Shown: positions 33,792-55,503 of the stretch, piece by piece
Numbering within the stretch: position 1 is the first letter of the stretch
Layout: each line of letters starts with the position of its first letter
Origin: the human T2T-CHM13v2.0 reference genome, Homo sapiens
Assembly: GCF_009914755.1 (NCBI RefSeq)
Contig: NC_060925.1
Strand: one strand, 5' to 3'
DNA: 64,000 nucleotides
Made by a program: the position numbers and the translations under genes
Notes under the pieces: generated by a model
What the model saw: the letters and a program-made list of their open reading frames with translations, nothing else
Told to the model about the DNA's origin: nothing
The model's database searches: none

Positions 33792-33960
33792 AATTTATTT
33801 CATTTTTTGAAAAGGAGAAATAATAGTAACAGCCACCTCTTAGAATGGTTAGATGCAAATGAGGTAGAATGCTTTGTAGATCTTTTAAAGCACTATACAG
33901 TCTGAGGCTAAGAGATGGAGGTTAGGTCATAGGATAATTTTGATTTTTTTTCTTTTTTAA

Positions 33961-34316
<356 letters not shown>

Positions 34317-34540
34317 AGTTTTAGGATTTTTATTTTCAACTTTAAGAGTATGAAATCTTTTCAGATCTTTACAATGAATGGCCATGCAATAGGGTGAGAA
34401 ATAGGTTATACACTATAAGTTATAGGAACTAGGCCTTTGGCTAGTTTTTTTTTTTTTTTTAAGTACTACTGTACTAAACATTTTTATTAATTTTCATTTG
34501 AAAAACAGAAAATATCTTAAATCCTTTCCCACACCCACAG

Positions 34541-34695
34541 GTGTTGTTATAATTGATGATCATCCTGAAGTAACAGTAATTGAAGATCCCCAGTCAAATT
34601 TGAATGATGATGGTTTTACTGAAGTGGTATCCAAAAAACAACAAAAACGTTTACAGGATGAAGAACGCCGAAAGAAGGAAGAACAAGTCATACAG
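34541..34695 (+). CDS. PRRC2C: PRRC2C coding exon (155 bp, VVIIDD...DGFTEVVSKKQQKR...VIQ)
   Basis: cacag|GT, CAG|gtttaa, phase 1-0. Confidence 0.93.
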
Positions 34696-34920
34696 GTTTA
34701 AATCTTGTTTCAACTTGTTGCTAGTTATCTAGATTTGTTGCCCAAAGTGTATCAGCAAATGTTCAAGGTTTTTATACTTGTCAAGGCTGTTTTCATTATT
34801 CAAGTGTTAAAAGTGACATCATCTTCCCAACTTTTAATCATTTTGACCAGAATCAAAGGAAATTTTAAATAAAATATAAGGACTGTAGCTCCTTATATTT
34901 TGACTTACAGCAAAGACCAT

Positions 34921-41031
<6,111 letters not shown>

Positions 41032-41694
41032 AAGACCATCTTTACTTTAACAACATATCGTATGCTAGGGACACCTTATTTGCCCCAAGGCAAAGTTGAG
41101 TTGATTTTAAATTATCTTGGAAAGCTAATGAACACAAATATCACGAACCAGTAGATTTTGGATTCCTGGCCTACAAAAGTATCTATTGTAATTTATATTA
41201 GTTCATTTAAATACACAGAATGAATCAAGGTAAATTATTCATTTAATTGCCTATAACCTTTGGAACCAAATTTTCAGAAGTCATTTATTTAGAAAGGTAA
41301 AATAGTTGTGCATCTACCCTATATCATAACGTACCAGCCACACTGCCCAAATTAATGCCTGTGGCAAATATATGAGTTAAGACTGTGAGTAGCATTTTGT
41401 TAGCTCAGGTAAGTTTTGCTGCCAGTGAATTTACTGCAAAATTTCTTAGTTCTTGAATTTCAGAATTATGTACCTGTATGTCAAGAATGTACAATACCTA
41501 TTTGTCTTTTGTCTCAATATCATTTTGGCTTCTCATCATTCAAAATCTTATTAGCAACCCTGACATTTTGTGGTTTGAGTACCTATTTTGAAAAGTAAAG
41601 GAGCCAAGTTAGTGGGAGTTGTTAAAAGTTGCATTTATGAACTGTTGCATTCAGCTGCATTATTGACAAAAATGGTCCCCGTTAATTTTTTAAG

Positions 41695-42598
41695 GTCTGG
41701 AACAAAAAGAATGCAAATGAAAAAGGAAGAAGCCAGACTTCTAAGCTTCCTCCAAGATTTGCCAAAAAACAGGCTACAGGGATCCAGCAAGCACAGTCTT
41801 CAGCCTCAGTTCCACCTCTAGCTTCGGCTCCACTTCCACCTTCAACCTCAGCTTCAGTTCCAGCCTCAACCTCAGCTCCACTTCCGGCAACCTTAACTCC
41901 AGTTCCAGCCTCAACCTCAGCTCCGGTTCCAGCCTCAACTTTAGCTCCAGTTCTGGCCTCAACCTCAGCTCCAGTTCCAGCCTCACCCTTAGCTCCAGTT
42001 TCAGCCTCAGCCTCAGTCTCAGCTTCAGTTCCAGCCTCTACTTCAGCTGCAGCTATAACCTCTTCTTCAGCTCCAGCCTCAGCCCCAGCTCCAACCCCCA
42101 TCCTTGCCTCAGTTTCAACCCCAGCTTCTGTCACCATTCTTGCCTCAGCCTCAATTCCCATTCTTGCTTCAGCCCTAGCATCAACTTCAGCTCCAACGCC
42201 AGCCCCAGCAGCCTCTTCCCCAGCTGCCCCAGTCATCACAGCACCAACTATCCCAGCCTCAGCCCCAACTGCCTCAGTCCCACTTGCCCCTGCCTCAGCT
42301 TCAGCCCCAGCCCCAGCCCCTACCCCAGTCTCAGCCCCAAATCCTGCCCCACCTGCCCCAGCCCAGACTCAGGCACAGACCCACAAACCAGTCCAGAATC
42401 CACTACAGACTACATCTCAGTCTTCAAAACAACCACCACCATCAATTAGGCTGCCTTCAGCTCAAACACCTAATGGCACAGATTATGTAGCCTCAGGAAA
42501 ATCCATCCAGACCCCACAGTCACATGGCACTCTGACAGCTGAATTATGGGATAACAAGGTGGCCCCACCAGCTGTGCTGAATGATATCTCTAAGAAAT
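41695..42598 (+). CDS. PRRC2C: PRRC2C coding exon (904 bp, VWNKK...KLPPRFAKK, Ala/Ser/Pro repeat ...NDISKK)
   Basis: tttaag|GTC, T|gtaagt, phase 0-1; missed by the ORF track for lack of a start codon. Confidence 0.92.
41810..42040 (+). repeat. Coding 24-bp tandem repeat (TCAACCTCAGCTCCAGTTCCAGCC, STSAPVPA)
   Basis: Seven clear units 41842-42006 plus degenerate flanks. Confidence 0.9.
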
Positions 42599-42847
42599 GT
42601 AAGTTGCAAAAGAGAAGTGAGGGGTGGGGAATGGCATAGGAATACTGAGGTTTCTTTTCAATTTTATTTATATACTCTTTAAGTGTTTTCTAGCCATCTC
42701 ATTTTTTATTGTAGGAAAAAGTAATAGTAATCCTCTCAACTTTCTTAAAATTTTTGTTTTAAGCATGTTTAACAAGCATATTATATTTTATGGAAATAAT
42801 TTTGTGTTGATGAGAAAATAATAGGCAATGTTTGGGGGGGTCTTGTA

Positions 42848-45310
<2,463 letters not shown>

Positions 45311-45474
45311 TATGTTGATACATAATAATCTTTGTAAGTCTGATTTGAAAAGTGATTGTTTTATTCCCTGGCTAGTAATAGCTACACAGTAGGAGATTAA
45401 GGAAAGGGTTAAATGGGTTAGAGATTATTAGACTCTAAATCTTAATCATGTTTTTTATGGCTTCTTCTTTCCAG

Positions 45475-45560
45475 TAGGTCCCATTAGTCCACCACAGCCA
45501 CCTTCAGTCAGTGCATGGAATAAGCCCTTAACATCGTTTGGATCAGCTCCTTCATCAGAG
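45475..45560 (+). CDS. PRRC2C: PRRC2C coding exon (86 bp, GPISPPQPPSVSAWNKPL...)
   Basis: ttccag|TAG (NAGNAG), GAG|gtaaga, phase 1-0. Confidence 0.91.
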
Positions 45561-45617
45561 GTAAGAATAGGCTTTTAACAGCATAGGTGTGCTGGATTTT
45601 CCCTAATACTTCAGTGT

Positions 45618-45920
45618 GGCCGGGTGTGGTGGCTTACACCTGTAATCCTAGCGTGGTGGGAGGGTTACTTGAGTCCGGGAGTTTGAGACCAGCCTGGGCA
45701 ACATAGTGAGACCCGCCTGGGCAATGTAGGAAGACCCTGTCTCTACATACAGAATAAAAAATAGCCAGTTGTGGTGGCATGTGCTTGTAGTCTCAGCTAC
45801 TCTGGAGCTGAGGTTGGACTGTCACTTGAGCCTGGGAGGTCAAGGCTACAGTAAAGTCATAACTGTGCCACTGTACTCCAGCCTAGGTGATAGAGCAAGA
45901 CCCCACCTGGAAAGCAAAAC
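45618..45920 (+). mobile_element. AluJ with internal 23-bp duplication
   Basis: gcctgggcaa...gaccc twice at 45692 and 45715. Confidence 0.85.
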
Positions 45921-46311
45921 AATGCTTATAGCATGCCTCAGAATTAACTTGGAGGGCAATTAAAACAGATTGCTGAGCCCCATGTCCATAGTTCATGACT
46001 TATTAGGTCTGGGTTGAGGTTTGAATAAATGCTAACAATTTCCCAAGTGATACTCTTGCTGCTACATCTTTACATTTATAAGGTGTGTCTCACTTTTAGA
46101 CATTAAACACTTATTTTCAATTTAGTCTCAAGAAAGATCTTAATGAAACAGAAAATAAAAGTGCAATTATTGTTTTCTGGACTTTTCTCCCATGTTTCTA
46201 TCTTGAGGACTTAAGTAGTATAAGTATTTAGAAACTGTTTATAGCAGATAGTTATTCTAACATAATTTCTCAAATGTGATATTGGTAAATGACTGTTGGG
46301 GGTCAGTGATT

Positions 46312-47635
46312 CTTCATTCATTCATTGAATGAACATTTACTAAGCACTCACAGTATTCTAGGTAGTGTTCTAACCTGCGGGCTTACAAAACTGGGACTAA
46401 AAACAGTCAAAAAGCCCTACTGTCATGGGACTTCCATTGTCCTGTGAGGAGAAACCACTAATAAAAAAACATCGTGATCAGCACTGTGGAGAAAAACGAA
46501 GCAGGAAAGGTACATAAGGAATTTTCCAAGGTTCACAAAGACAGTTTAATATAGGGTGACCACGAAAGCCTACTTAGATAATGCTTGAGTTAAAGACTTG
46601 AAGGATATAAGAGAGTATGCTATTCAAATGTCTGAGGAAAAGAGATTCCAGGTTCAGATAATAGCAAATATGAATGCCATGAGACAGGAGCACACTTGGT
46701 TTGTTTGAGGAAGTTCAGGGAAGTCCATGTAGCTGGAATGAAGTAAGAGATGGAAAGAGAATAGATGAAGTTGGAAGTCACACCTGAGTAGCAGGTGGAT
46801 CCTGTAGGGCCTATGGAAGAGGTGGGAAGACACTGAAGGGTTTTGAGCAAGGAGCAACAGGATCTGACTTTTCAAATTATTCTGGGTTGTCTGTGAAAAA
46901 TAATTCATAGGTGGCAAGAGTAGAAGTTACGATATTACAATAATTGAATGATGATAGCTTAAAACCTGGGAAGTGGCATGAAAGGTCATGAGAAATAGTT
47001 GGTTTCTGAGTATTTTGAAGATTGAGCTGACAAGATTTACTAAAGTGTTAAATGGAGTATGAGAAGGGACAGAGGAGTCAAAGTTAGCTCCAAAGTTTTT
47101 GGGTTGAACAGTAGGAAATACTAGAATTTTCAGTAACTGAGATTGGACAGTTTTTGACATGTTAGATTTAAGATGCTTATTATGCCTCTGAGTGGAAATG
47201 TAGTTGGATATGAGTCTGTAGTTCAGAAGAGTTCATCTAGTTTGAAGATAATGAATTTGAAGTCATTAGCATATAGATGATGTTTAAAGTGATGGAATGG
47301 TATAAGGTTACCAAGGGAGAATGAGAGTAGTTAGGAAAGAGAATCAAAAATTAAGTCTTGGGGCTTTCTGACTCCAGGAAATGTAGGAATTAGAGAAGCT
47401 AAGTGATTAGAGAAGTATCCTAAAAGTCAAGTGAAAGATAAGTTCAAAGAAGGGATAGATTAAGTGTGTCAGATGGCTGCTGGTAGGTCAAGTAATATAG
47501 GTGTTCAATTGATAGAGTTACATGATGGTCACTGATGACTTTGATAAGAACATTATTGGTGGAGTAGTAGGGATGAAAGCCTGGATGAAAGAGTGAGTTT
47601 AAGAGGAAATGAAAGGAAAGATGAGTACCATTTTC
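46312..47635 (-). mobile_element. L2 LINE relic
   Basis: (cattcatt) L2 3' end, purine-rich body (ggtcactgatgactttgataaga, ttggtggagtagtagggatgaaagcctg). Confidence 0.75.
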
Positions 47636-47640
47636 TCTCC

Positions 47641-47966
47641 ACATCTGTAGAGATTGGTTCTCACCACCATAGAAACCAAAACCCAGGGATGCTCAAGTCT
47701 CATATAAAATGAAGCAGTATTTGCATGTAACCTATGCATAACCTCCCTGTGTACTTTAAATCATCTCTAGATTAATTATATACCTAATACAATGTAAATG
47801 CTATGTAAATTGTTGTTATACCATATTATTTAGGGAATAATGACAAGAAAGAACAGTCTGTTCTTGTATAGCACTGACAACCATTTATAATTTTTTTCTG
47901 AATATTTTCCATCCATACTGGGTTGAATCTACAGATGTGGAACCTGCAAATAAGGAGAGCCAACTG
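47641..47966. mobile_element. MER2 (TcMar-Tigger)
   Basis: gatgctcaagtc, tactttaaatcatctctagatt, ggttgaatc...ggagagccaactg|TA. Confidence 0.8.
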
Positions 47967-49017
47967 TATAAAGAACTTGAACGTCATTTTGCTATAAAGG
48001 AGTACAGAAAAAAATGGGGCAGTAAAGAAGATATAGTTGAGATTTTAATTTTTGTATAGCCTATAGGTGCTAAAAGATTTTTTTTTCTTTAAAGAAGTCT
48101 TCCTGCTACTTCTGTCTCCACTCCAGTTTTCTGACTTAGTAGGTCTAGAGTAGGCTTCATCATCTGTTTTGATGTTACAGATTCTTCAGAGAACTCTAAA
48201 ACTCAAGAGTCACTGCATTCAATATTTAAGAGTCTCAGTTTAATAATTTTTCCTTTGCCTGTTGGTATTAGCATCATGATTAGTCATAGAGAGCATTTCA
48301 GGATTTTTCATGCTGGTATGAAGGAAAGAGTGGAAGTTTGTTTCCCAACCACAAGATTTTTCTTGCAGGCATTCTACAAGTTTACAGTGATAAATGGGTG
48401 TTTACGCTTACCTTCAGTCAGTGGTGGAGCAAGATATTTTATTGGTGTCTCATTTTTCTCTCATACCTTTTTCTTCATTGTCTTTGTGTTCTTTATGTTT
48501 TCTGGATGGAAGATGATTTTTTGTGAATGTCATACATTATTTTGGAGTTTTTCCTCATGAAGAAATTTTGTATTAGCAAAGTTGACATTTCATAGGATGG
48601 AAAGAATTCCCTAATGGACTTTTTCTTAGATTATTCTAGTGAAATAGAACTCTTAATGATTATTTTACTTAAAGTTATCAACGTTAGTTACACCAACTAG
48701 CCTTACAAAGACTTGATATTATAATATTGTCTAAGCTTTTATCATTCTTTGTGTTATGTATATTTCATAAACACTTTCATTTCAAAGGATATAACATTCT
48801 CTAACAGTCATTAACTTGACAGTTATTTTTCTACTCATTTAAATATGTACAAGTTCTTAACATTTTTGTATATACAGTTAATAGCCTTCACAGTCTACTT
48901 ACTGCATTATTTTCTTTTCTAATACTACTGTACACTTACATTTAACTGACTGTAGAATTTCAACATTGACTAAAGCAAAGAAATTTTTATTCTAATGTGC
49001 ATCAGTATTTTCCAATA

Positions 49018-49311
49018 CATTCATGCTTTGCTTAACAACAGAGATACGTCCTGAGAAATGGGTCATTGTGTGAACATCATAGAGTCTACTTACACAAACC
49101 TAGATGGTATAGCCTATGGCTTCTAGGCTACAAACCTATACAGCTTATTACTACACTGAATACCGTAGGCAGTTGTAACACAATGATAAGTATTTGTGTT
49201 TCTAAGCATAGAAAAGGTACAGTAAAAATACGATATTATAATTTTATGGAACCACCCTTGTATATGTGGTCCATCATTGGCTAAACATCACCATTAAATG
49301 GCACATGACTG
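49018..49311. mobile_element. Tigger3a/MER7-like
   Basis: TA|cattcatgc ... gcacatgactg|TA; acttacacaaacctagatggtatagcct. Confidence 0.8.
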
Positions 49312-49904
49312 TATTTGAAGGTGACTATTTAAATATTAAAAGTAAATCTGAATTGCATGCGTTGTTCATACTCTTGACATTATATCCGGGTAGATATAAC
49401 ATTAACCTTATGTAGTAATTGACCATGCTAGGTTTAGGAATGCCAAAAATGACATGGAGTAGTGATTCAATTATTAAAACAAGCTTTAGTTGAATTTTGA
49501 CCCTAGTTTTGCTTTTTATGTTTGTCTTTTCATGAAAAGATTAATTGTTGTAACAAAGCCCTAGGTCACCTAATCTGCTTGTCTGTTTCTACAACTGTTC
49601 CCCATACCTGCTATGCTTCAGCCTCACTGACCTTTTTTTGTTCTTGACCTTTACCCTAGGTATGTGGTCTCCCTAAACTCTTTCCACTGATCTTGTCTTC
49701 TAGATTCAATGTCAGTGTGTCCTCCTCAGGGGCTTTCTCTGTCTACCAGTCTAGTAGCTGGTCTCTTAACCCTATTTTGCTTTTGCAGATTCCTTATCTG
49801 ACTTTTCAGTTCTTTATTTGCTTCACCTGCTAGAATGCAAATTGTGCAATTAGACTGATTAGCACATCTGATTAGCACAAAGAAGATGCTCAACAAATTA
49901 GCTG

Positions 49905-50202
49905 GGTTGGTTTGTTTGTTTTTGAGACAGGTCTCGCTTTGTCACCCAGGCTGGAGTGCAGTGGCGCAACCTAGGCTCACTGCAACGTCCACCTCCCGGG
50001 TTCAAGCGATTCTCCTGCATCAGCCTCCTGAGTAGCTGCGATTACAGGCACATGCCACCAAGCCCTGCTAGTTTTTGTATTTTTAGTAGAGACAGAGTTT
50101 CACCATGTTGGTCAGGCTGGTCTCAAACTCCTGACCTCATCATCCGCCCACCTAGGCCTCCCAGAGTGCTGGGATTACAGGCATGAGCCACCATACCCGG
50201 CC
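49905..50202 (-). mobile_element. AluSg-like
   Basis: Alu consensus; caaatta.ctg flanks. Confidence 0.92.
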
Positions 50203-50689
50203 CAAATTAACTGTTTAATTGGTGGATTGATTGCTTAGATGTTTGCTCTATGTTACCAATCACAAAGTTTTTATTATATTTCTTAAATTTCATTTTCAAA
50301 GCAGACTTCTGAGAAGCAGGTGACACTTATTACTGTCTTTTATTTCCAGTGTATTCATCTGTTTGTTGGTAGTGGTGTCTTTGTGTGTTGCTTTTACGTT
50401 TGTTTTAAATGAGGAAACAACTTGAAGCTGTGCTTTGCCCATGATCACACTCATGAGAGCCAGGACTTTAAAAACTTAAGTCTTGTGCTAGTTTCATCTT
50501 ATCAGTTGTTTTCTAGTACAGACAAACAACAGTTAAGAGAAAATTATCCTAAAATATAATTAATGTCGGTCTCAGTTAATATGTAGATTGTCTTAAACCT
50601 TCTATTGTACTTAAACTGTATAGTGCTTCATAAATCAGTCACATCTGAACTATACTTTGCAAGCAAGTTTTAAAATATTCTTTTACTAG

Positions 50690-50878
50690 GGAGCGAAGAA
50701 TGGTCAAGAAAGTGGACTCGAAATTGGAACTGACACAATTCAGTTTGGTGCTCCAGCCTCAAATGGAAATGAAAATGAAGTTGTTCCTGTGCTTTCGGAA
50801 AAATCTGCTGACAAAATACCTGAACCTAAAGAACAGCGGCAGAAGCAGCCACGAGCAGGACCTATCAAAGCCCAGAAG
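50690..50878 (+). CDS. PRRC2C: PRRC2C coding exon (189 bp, GAKNGQES...PIKAQK)
   Basis: actag|GGA, AAG|gtaaat, phase 0-0. Confidence 0.93.
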
Positions 50879-51048
50879 GTAAATATACTTTATAATCCAG
50901 ATAAAATTTTATGAAGGCCACTGACATGAAGAGCAAATAATACTTTTAAAAGTGAACTTAATTTTAATGAATATCTTTGATCATGGTGCAATGATGAAAG
51001 ATACTCATCTATCATAAACATAGTTTTATCATAAACATTTGACTTTAG

Positions 51049-51300
51049 CTTCCAGATTTGAGTCCAGTAGAAAACAAAGAACACAAACCTGGTCCCATTG
51101 GAAAGGAACGTTCATTAAAAAATAGAAAAGTAAAAGATGCCCAACAGGTGGAGCCAGAAGGACAAGAGAAACCAAGCCCAGCTACAGTCAGAAGCACAGA
51201 TCCTGTCACGACAAAGGAGACTAAAGCAGTCTCAGAAATGTCTACTGAAATAGGAACAATGATCTCGGTATCATCTGCAGAATATGGTACTAATGCAAAG
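51049..51300 (+). CDS. PRRC2C: PRRC2C coding exon (252 bp, LPDLSPVENKEHKPGPIGKERSLK...)
   Basis: tttag|CTT, AAG|gtaagc, phase 0-0. Confidence 0.91.
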
Positions 51301-52361
51301 GTAAGCCACATGTAGGGATTACCAGTTCAACAGATGCAAGCCATGTCTAAAATGAACGAGAAGAACAGCAACAGTCTGCTTTTTTTTTTCCTGCTGAGGC
51401 ATATAACTCTATAGATTATTTCCGCAAAGAAGATTTTGTTTCATGATTTGCATATGTAATCTAAAGAAGTTCTTTATAGCAAATTATATTTCTTTTTGAG
51501 GAAATTTACTCTGAATTCTGGACTATTTGAGTAGCTTAAAGTGAAAAACATCTATACAAAATCTGAATACTTTGAAAGATGGCTCTATATCACTTTTAAT
51601 ATAAATAGAATTACAGTAGAGCTTTATCTTGCCCACTGGTGACATTCTAAAGTCAGGAAATAAGGCAGACTTTTACTAACTCCAGTATAGCCAGTTTTTT
51701 TTCATAGTTGGAACAGATTACTGTTTCTTTGGTTGAACACTGGAGGCTGTTGACTCACATTTAGGGGCCACATTGAATGAAACGTGTATCTAAAAATGCT
51801 CATTAAGACAAGATATGTTGATTGACCATGGGAACAGACACTCATGGGAATAGCAAACATATCTGCGATTTTATATTGACTCTGGGACATAAACTCTGAG
51901 AAAAAGTTACATGCAATTTTTTATATTATCTGAATATTAGTCTCTTTTTAATTGCCATACAGCTGAATTCATATAAGTAATAGCTTATGTGGTCCTACTC
52001 TGCCATATTTCAAAATGAGATTTGTGACAGGAAACAAGGAGTGTACCCTAAAACCTGAGTAATTGCAACAACTAAGATCTTGGTAATTGATAGTAAGCTA
52101 AGAATGAATGTGGGAAACACACAAAAGATTCTTTTAATAACCTACAGAAATAAATATTTGGTACTGTTGACAGTCTCCTAGTACTAAATGTACAAGAATG
52201 CAGTAGTAGTTGAAATGCTATCATTTTGATCGTGAGTCCATGTTGTATTATTCCATTGTTAGTTGATTGAGTGAGTTGAGTCTTAAAGTCTGCTCTCTTC
52301 CCCTGCTTTCTTCCAGAACAACTTTACAACTATTAGGCTATCATTAGAAAGTGAGCAATTT

Positions 52362-52641
52362 GGCCAGGCGTGGTGGCTCATGCCAGTAATCTCAGCACTT
52401 TGGTGGGCTGAGGCAGGCAGATCACTTAAGGCCAGGAGTTCGAGACCAGCCTGGCCAACATGGTGAAACCCCATCTCTACTAAAAATACAAAAATTAATG
52501 TCATGGTGGCGCACGCCTGTAATCCCAGCTACTTCAGTGACTCAGGCACAAGAATCACTTGAGCCTGGAAGGCAGAGGTTGCAGTGAGCTGAGATCATGC
52601 CACTGCACTCCAGCCTGCATGATAGCGAGACTCAAAAAAAA
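52362..52641 (+). mobile_element. AluS, ~60 bp upstream of an acceptor
   Basis: TSD aagtgagcaatt. Confidence 0.93.
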
Positions 52642-52703
52642 GAGGAAGAAGTGAGCAATTAATTCAGTTTAAAATGTATTTTTTTTCTATTACTACTTCA
52701 CAG

Positions 52704-52796
52704 GAGTCTGTAACAGACTATACTACACCCTCTTCTTCTTTGCCTAACACCGTGGCTACTAATAATACAAAGATGGAGGATACTTTGGTTAATAAT
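52704..52796 (+). CDS. PRRC2C: PRRC2C coding exon (93 bp, ESVTDYTT...LVNN)
   Basis: cacag|GAG, AAT|gtaagt, phase 0-0. Confidence 0.9.
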
Positions 52797-55334
52797 GTAA
52801 GTAATCAGTTTGAGATGTGGCAAGTTTGGATTGGAACCTGGCTATTATTATCAAGCACATTATTTCATGTTTTATTTACTGTAGTGATCAATATTTAACT
52901 CAGGGAAAGAGTTGATAGTAAATTTGTGTTTAGGAGTACTGTAATATAATTAGCAAAAATAGTCAAAGCTGAGTTTTTTATTTTTCCTCTGAAAGCCATC
53001 TGCTTTCCATTTAAGATGAAGGTTTGTGGTGCGTAGGCTTGGTTTCGTGTAAATACTAATCTTATTAACCTGGTATTGGTAAGAAGTTGTTTTAGCTCTC
53101 ACATTTACAAATTTAACATGAACGGTTGGTGATTTTGTTCTTACATAAAACCTTTTTATAATTCAGTGAAACCCAACTTATTTAAGATAACTAAAATTAG
53201 AATTAAAAGACAACTATAGAATTCCCAAAGAATCAAGTATGTCTTTAAAAAAGAAAAAATACCAGCGTGTTAACAACATTCTTGTTGTGTAGATTGAGCT
53301 ATATTGTATTGTATACATAAGTACGCCAAACACTCTGATATGCTCTAATATAAGGTGATGTTAAGTCATGTTGTAACTTAGGACCTAGTTTTCCAGAGCA
53401 ACCATGTTACTAATATAATTCAAGGTTGTGTTAAAAGTCTGTACAGTTCATCATTTTGCTTAGCTCACTGTCTGATAGATGAAAAATTGTTAGCCCAGAA
53501 ACATTAGGTAGCTTGCCATAGTTATACAGTGTCATTTATTTAGAAGAACATTTTAAAAGTTACTTGCATGGTCCTTATTTTGGAGAGAGGTATGATGGAA
53601 ATTTGGTTAGTGCTCTCTGTTTTAAATATAGCCTTCTGTAATAAGTAAAGGCTATCAGACTAAAATGTTGATCATCCTTTTTTTAAAAAAATCCTTTACA
53701 GATAAATATTTAAAGGTCTGTCACAAAGAGCTTTAACTATCATTTTGAGTTATAAAAATCTTTATTATCTTCTTACTTTTTTTCTATGCTTTCTATTCTT
53801 CCCTCTAGCATCAAGTATATGGAATTTTAGAAAGGTGAGCTGCATTAGGGGTCACTTAATCCAATTTTTGTAGTTCAGCTGAAGGACTGTACTAAATATG
53901 TAGCTGAGAAAAGGAATAGAAAGGAGTGAGTCACATATTTTTTCTTGGTGTTGAGAGCTCTCTAGGAGCTGATTAATGTGATTTGTTCAACTTTCCTCCC
54001 ACCCACCCCCCACTTTTATGAAAGTGGTTTAAATATATATATATATATATGGTTTTTTTTTTCTTTTTTTAACTCCTTATACCTCCTGTGAAAAATAATG
54101 GAAGACTTGGGAAGGAGGAAAAGACTTCCTTTCAGTTTAAGTGCTGTGATATCACTGTCTAGATTATGAAATATTCAATCAGTAAGATCTCAATAAAGTT
54201 TAATTATACTTTGTGTCTTTTCTCATTTTTAAAAAATACAGAATATTTCTACGATAGTGGTTTTTAAAGTATATGATGCTTTTTGCGAAACTACCCTCTG
54301 AAAATATGATTTATAAAATATATAAAATAAGGAAGAAAAAATTATTATTCTCAGAACCCTTAAAATTCATTGAAAATATCCAGATGAGCATTTTGATGGT
54401 TTCTGTGTGATCTGTAAGGCTAATTAATGGAGCGACTTATATACTGGTAACTACTGGAGACAACAGACCCAGCCTCATATATAGGTGAATAGTCTGCATG
54501 CAGTTGTTAGCAGTGTAGCCAGGGTATGTTTGAAAGCAGAAAGATCAGTTTGGGTTAGGGAGCATTATAAATGGTCATCAGTTTGAAAGGATTTCATGGT
54601 GTTGCTTACTTGTGCCAAGTGTGTTGGTGATTCTGAACTCAATGTAGAGTTAAAAACGAATGTCCTTCATGGGAAAAAATTTAGGACCTCTTGAGATGTC
54701 CTTTTTTCTTTCACTTGTCTGTTTGGGGGTTCCATTTTGCACATAGAACTTTTGTCTTTCTTAATTATACTTGAAAATGGCTTATTTCTCTTATTGGGGC
54801 TTAATACACTTTTTTATGGTCTTAACTGATACATGTTGGTTAGTATTACTCAGTAGTACAATCATCTTGTATCTTGAATGTCTTGAAGATTAAATGCAGG
54901 TGGCCTTTTGGATTATCATAGCACAGCTGCTTTCAACATGTATGAAAGAATCTCCATTAGGTAGTCCATAGTATCACAAAGTGATTATCTTAAAACTCTC
55001 AAGCATCCCAGTTATTTTTCCTGAACAACTGAACGAACCATCCAAAACGTAATACATAATAAAGTCCCAAGATCCAGAGATAAAGGCAGTGAGTTTCTAA
55101 TATCTTAAAGTTTCTAACAATATTTGCCATAATTATTACTATAGCAGAACAGTTTTATTGTAATGAGATGGTGCTAACAGTCCATACTTTCTTCCCAAGA
55201 TTACTTTTGTTCTTGAATCTTGTTATAAAAGTTAACCATATTGCAGGAAAGAGATTAATTTTTTATATTTTTGCTGTCATGTTAAATACTTCTGGTGGAA
55301 CCTGTAGATATATGGTGAAGGTTTTATTCCTTAG

Positions 55335-55503
55335 AGCTTTGCTACACAGTATGCAGCCTGTAGACCAGCACCATCAGCATCACCTGGCAACTTGTTTGAA
55401 ACCCAGCATTTCAGGCCTTAACATAGACCAATTGAATCAAAATCTGCTTTTTATCAGCATCCTCAGGTGATTTATGTACATATTAAAATATGAGAAGCAC
55501 TGC
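55335..55503. mobile_element. MER5A-like hAT relic
   Basis: accagcaccatcagcatcacctgg...tgaatcaaaatctgc...gagaagcactg. Confidence 0.7.

Noticed and set aside
41682-42239. 185-aa antisense ORF (AGAEVEAG repeats)
   Set aside because: Mirror of the 24-bp coding repeat on the + strand
48090-48640. Coding-like unique stretch (also 56770-57120), possible pseudogene fragment
   Set aside because: No recognisable protein or consistent splice signals; likely an ancient repeat I cannot name without a search
50985-51048. Box C (ATGATGA) suggesting a C/D snoRNA in the 170-nt intron
   Set aside because: No downstream CTGA box D or terminal stem before the acceptor
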